Shown here in pieces: positions 60,825-64,000 of a stretch of DNA of 64,000 nucleotides. The first letter of the stretch is position 1. Each line of letters starts with the position of its first letter. The notes beneath the pieces are model-generated. The model was not told where the DNA came from. It saw nothing but the letters and a program-made list of their open reading frames with translations, and did not search any database. The position numbers and the translations under genes were made by a program. The stretch covers positions 704,001 to 768,000 of the forward strand of contig CAXXOU010000001.1 in NCBI GenBank assembly GCA_963677495.2, in the 5' to 3' direction. This DNA is from Candidatus Cloacimonadales bacterium (lineage in GTDB: Bacteria > Cloacimonadota > Cloacimonadia > Cloacimonadales > JAFGVF01).

Positions 60825-62078
60825 TCATTTTTTATATCCCGGAGTCCAACTCAGCTCTGGTTTTACCTGTCTTGAATTCCATAGATACTTCTCAATTCTA
60901 TCTCTTAGAGAACCATCTATTTCCTTCTTAACCGGATATATAGCTGACTCTAGAACTCGTTTCATTAACAAGTATGAAGTTTCAACGTAATAGTTTAATC
61001 CCTGGGCAGTACAATGTTTCGCTACATCATTCTCAGTGTGTATATGGAAAGTTCCTTTTCCTCCAAATCTGGCAATATTGACTGAAGGTACTTCATATAC
61101 TGAGAATGGAATACCATCACTACTATAGATATCAAGCTTCTCATTGAAAAGATAACCTTGCTCTTTCATGATACCATTAGCATACCCTAGTAACTGTTGA
61201 GAACCAATAACTGCCATCATATCAGTACCCAAGCTGTCACCTGCAACATCAACATTAAGCACAAGTCCTGCTCTCTTTTGAATCTCTTCCTTGTGTTCTT
61301 CAACGTATGCAGTAGAACCGAGTAGACCTAACTCCTCTCCAGAGAAGAAACATATCTTTAATTCACGCTTTAAGTTAAGCTTATGCAGTTTCTCAGCCGT
61401 TTTTAAGATGCATACAGAGCCACCGGCATTGTCAGTAGAACCATGTGATCTGGCTACAGAGTCTAAATGAGCCACCATGTAAGTAAGTGTATTGTCTAAA
61501 ACAGGTTTTCCAACAGTTGCAACTATATTGTAAGCTGTTCTTTCTTCACAATTCTGCTCTATCTTCATTGTGATTTTTTTACCTGAAAGATTCATTAGCT
61601 TCTCAGCTGTTTTATAAGTAACAGTAACACCTGGGACTGCTCCATCGACCTTGCTTTGTTGTCTGAAAGAGAGTGAACTTTCAGTTCTGTAAGGAGGGGA
61701 AATACGAATGATACCGGCAACTTTCTCTTCATTCATAGCAAGCATAGTGTTACGTGTAATTGAACCTGCCATAATGATTTTGCCTTCCCAGATACCTTTG
61801 TTATAAATAATTTCATTTGCATTTCTAACAAAACAGAATTCACCGGTAAAGCTACCATTGTCGGATAACCCAAATGGCATTGCAGGGAACTCTTTTCCAT
61901 CTATTTCTAATGACGCAACACCTGAATCGAAGCTCCATAATTTGAATGGTTCCTCAACATATGGGATACCTGCTTCATCCAAGTGCTTCTTGATTATTTC
62001 TCGTCCCTTTGCTTCACCTTCCGAACCGGCTAATCTTTCAAAATCTAACTCTTTTAAAACTTGTAATGGTTTAATCAT
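60825..62078 (-). CDS. M28 family metallopeptidase with PA domain
   Basis: RLAGSEGE, AHLDS, GSTDNAGG, FSGEELGLLGS, LNVDVAG, SSD, IHTEND. Confidence 0.92.
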   Translation of the reverse strand: MIKPLQVLKELDFERLAGSEGEAKGREIIKKHLDEAGIPYVEEPFKLWSFDSGVASLEIDGKEFPAMPFGLSDNGSFTGEFCFVRNANEIIYNKGIWEGKIIMAGSITRNTMLAMNEEKVAGIIRISPPYRTESSLSFRQQSKVDGAVPGVTVTYKTAEKLMNLSGKKITMKIEQNCEERTAYNIVATVGKPVLDNTLTYMVAHLDSVARSHGSTDNAGGSVCILKTAEKLHKLNLKRELKICFFSGEELGLLGSTAYVEEHKEEIQKRAGLVLNVDVAGDSLGTDMMAVIGSQQLLGYANGIMKEQGYLFNEKLDIYSSDGIPFSVYEVPSVNIARFGGKGTFHIHTENDVAKHCTAQGLNYYVETSYLLMKRVLESAIYPVKKEIDGSLRDRIEKYLWNSRQVKPELSWTPGYKK

Positions 62079-62198
62079 CTCTATCTCCTAAATGTGATAT
62101 ACTACTTCTAAAGATAGTATTAAGATTGAGCAAGAATTTTTTTAAAGAAGTATTAAAACCCTGTTAAAAAGAGGTGCCGAATTGCATTTAGAAAGGAG

Positions 62199-62327
62199 TT
62201 ATCCACATTTATCCACAATTACACCACAAGCCTTTCCACATGGTTATATTATTGGAATTAAGATATTTAGGATTGTTGAGTCTATATTAGCAGTAAGTTA
62301 TCCACATAAAATGTGTATTTATCCACA
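62199..62327. promoter_or_regulatory. DnaA-box cluster (possible oriC or DnaA titration site)
   Basis: Perfect TTATCCACA at 62199, 62209, 62298, 62319; CTTTCCACA at 62232; AT-rich spacer; TGTGGATAA at 62412. Confidence 0.65.
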
Positions 62328-62342
62328 CTCGGGAAATTTGGA

Positions 62343-64000
62343 TTATTTTACAAAACTGAGCTTTACCCTCTCAAAAACACCTTCACCACGTATTGTTAAG
62401 AAATAATTTCCTGTGGATAAAGCTGATTTTGTCAAATCTTCCAACCGAATAATTGTCTCACCGGACATTAAATTTCCAATTGTCTTACTACTGATTTTGT
62501 TACCGGCGATATCAAAAATCTCTATTTGAACTCTATCAACAGCCTCTATTAAGTATAATCTTAATTTACTACGATGAAGTGATTTAACCGGATTAGGGAA
62601 AACATAAGCTCCACTTAAAGCATAGCTTTCTTTGACACCTACGGTTTCCAGATCAAGCTCAGGTATAACGCTCTTCAAAATGAAGTATCCGGTTCCTGTA
62701 ACTCTCATACTAAATTCTAAATCTTCTGTTTCAAAAATGCTCAATAATGTGTGATCAGAACTGTAAACCTCAGCTCGATACAAAAGTTTGTTTGGATATG
62801 CAACCCTATCCCATGAAACTTTTAAATTAGAGGAATTAGTTTTCACATTTGGAATAGGATCTCTTACGGTCATATAATCTGGAGCATAGTACTTATTCAG
62901 TATCTTACCCCATCCGGTGTATTGCTCAAACTGTAGATTTACATATCTACCATAGCTATTTTGGAAATAGCTCTTGTAATCAGGAAACCAAATAATGGCT
63001 GTTCCTACATCCGGATTCGTGAAAGTAGAGGAATAAGAGACAAAAGCACTATTAACAGAATCCAAAAGATCACTATATCCCAGCTCATCTAGAGTCATAG
63101 CAAACTCTTTTACATCAACATCCATAGCTCGAGTATTGAACTCATCCAAAGTCTCACGAATCTCTATCAGCTCATCAGTGTCAATGTGTTCAGAGTCAAC
63201 AAACTCCTTTATTGATTTCAATAAACCTGTCTCAGCCCCAAAACTTTCACTACTGACAACTGAACAGGTGACATTTGGAGTAAATGTGTTGGGGTTTTGG
63301 CTTCCCCCCGGAAGGTATGAGTTAACATATACATCCGGAATAGTCAGGACAAACTCTTCAAAACTTGTTTCACACCAGCTGTTAAACAATTCATCATATG
63401 GCATACCGTCAACGGGAACATCATGAACTGATCCAACTATGTAGTCAGCTTCTTTGTAAACTTCAGTTATTACCTCTACAGTCTGCATATTACATGCATC
63501 AAGAACCAATAAATCAAGCTTACTGATATCCTCGAATGCTCTTCTAAGGTCTCCTTTTGAAACATAAAACTTACTGTCCGAGTCATCATCCGGGCAAATG
63601 TATTTTGACTTATAATAATCCAGTTCGTCCCAGCCTTCCCCATGTGACCAGATAAATACAGCTTTTCTATCTGATGGATAACGGGAAAAACCCCATTTCA
63701 TAAAAGACTCAAGAGTCCTCCAGTCACCAGAATCAATCTCGCCCATACTCTTAAGAATTGGGGAGTTTATGCCATCTTCCTCGTCATGAGTAATCTTGTA
63801 TCTGAAAGCTCTATCATCACCGAAGTCATATCCTGCAAAGTCTGCTTGTACTATGACATTCATATTATCAGGGATATCAGCTCTCTCCATCTCATCTATA
63901 TCACTTCTGGCGGATTCGGTTAAACCATTATCTGCTGCCATATAGATAAGTATAGTCCAATCCTCTTCAGCTGCTAACAGTGTTGTAGAAAGTAGGGTCA
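62343..64000 (-). CDS. Clostripain-family (C11) cysteine peptidase with T9SS-like tail; 5' end outside the window
   Basis: Frame open to window end (...AAEEDWTILIYMAADNGL); IWSHGEGW and LDACNMQ catalytic motifs; VFPNPV...IFDIAGN tail. Confidence 0.88.
   Translation of the reverse strand, partial: TLLSTTLLAAEEDWTILIYMAADNGLTESARSDIDEMERADIPDNMNVIVQADFAGYDFGDDRAFRYKITHDEEDGINSPILKSMGEIDSGDWRTLESFMKWGFSRYPSDRKAVFIWSHGEGWDELDYYKSKYICPDDDSDSKFYVSKGDLRRAFEDISKLDLLVLDACNMQTVEVITEVYKEADYIVGSVHDVPVDGMPYDELFNSWCETSFEEFVLTIPDVYVNSYLPGGSQNPNTFTPNVTCSVVSSESFGAETGLLKSIKEFVDSEHIDTDELIEIRETLDEFNTRAMDVDVKEFAMTLDELGYSDLLDSVNSAFVSYSSTFTNPDVGTAIIWFPDYKSYFQNSYGRYVNLQFEQYTGWGKILNKYYAPDYMTVRDPIPNVKTNSSNLKVSWDRVAYPNKLLYRAEVYSSDHTLLSIFETEDLEFSMRVTGTGYFILKSVIPELDLETVGVKESYALSGAYVFPNPVKSLHRSKLRLYLIEAVDRVQIEIFDIAGNKISSKTIGNLMSGETIIRLEDLTKSALSTGNYFLTIRGEGVFERVKLSFVK

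Overview
AT-rich bacterial chromosomal segment. The many secreted proteins ending in 'YPNPFNPxTxIxF...KMxLMK' type IX secretion (T9SS)-style tails, a C25 gingipain, a PorV-like barrel and a DUF6754 cluster suggest an FCB-group anaerobe, most likely Cloacimonadota (inference). Housekeeping and envelope genes include nfo, glyS, a PTS IIA, an acyl-CoA synthetase, YitT, an M28 peptidase, a tagD/TagF/GT9/LicD surface-glycan operon and a peroxidase-lipocalin-DAK2/DegV-DUF1295 operon. The most unusual items are: (1) a tightly coupled operon (4458-8644) of four Sec-type exported or lipoprotein 2x[4Fe-4S] ferredoxins, a predicted outer-membrane beta-barrel and a Cys-containing DsbD_2/CcdA-like membrane protein, a candidate heme-free envelope electron conduit; (2) large intergenic regions built from several repeat families, including inverted arrays with an exact 11-bp period; (3) a candidate sigma54-dependent small RNA with anti-Shine-Dalgarno loops; (4) a DnaA-box cluster with no dnaA gene in the window; (5) an uncharacterised DUF6754 membrane-complex operon whose first gene appears split by a -1 frameshift. 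No tRNA, rRNA, CRISPR array, transposase or integrase was recognised. All family assignments come from motif recognition by eye, not database searches.
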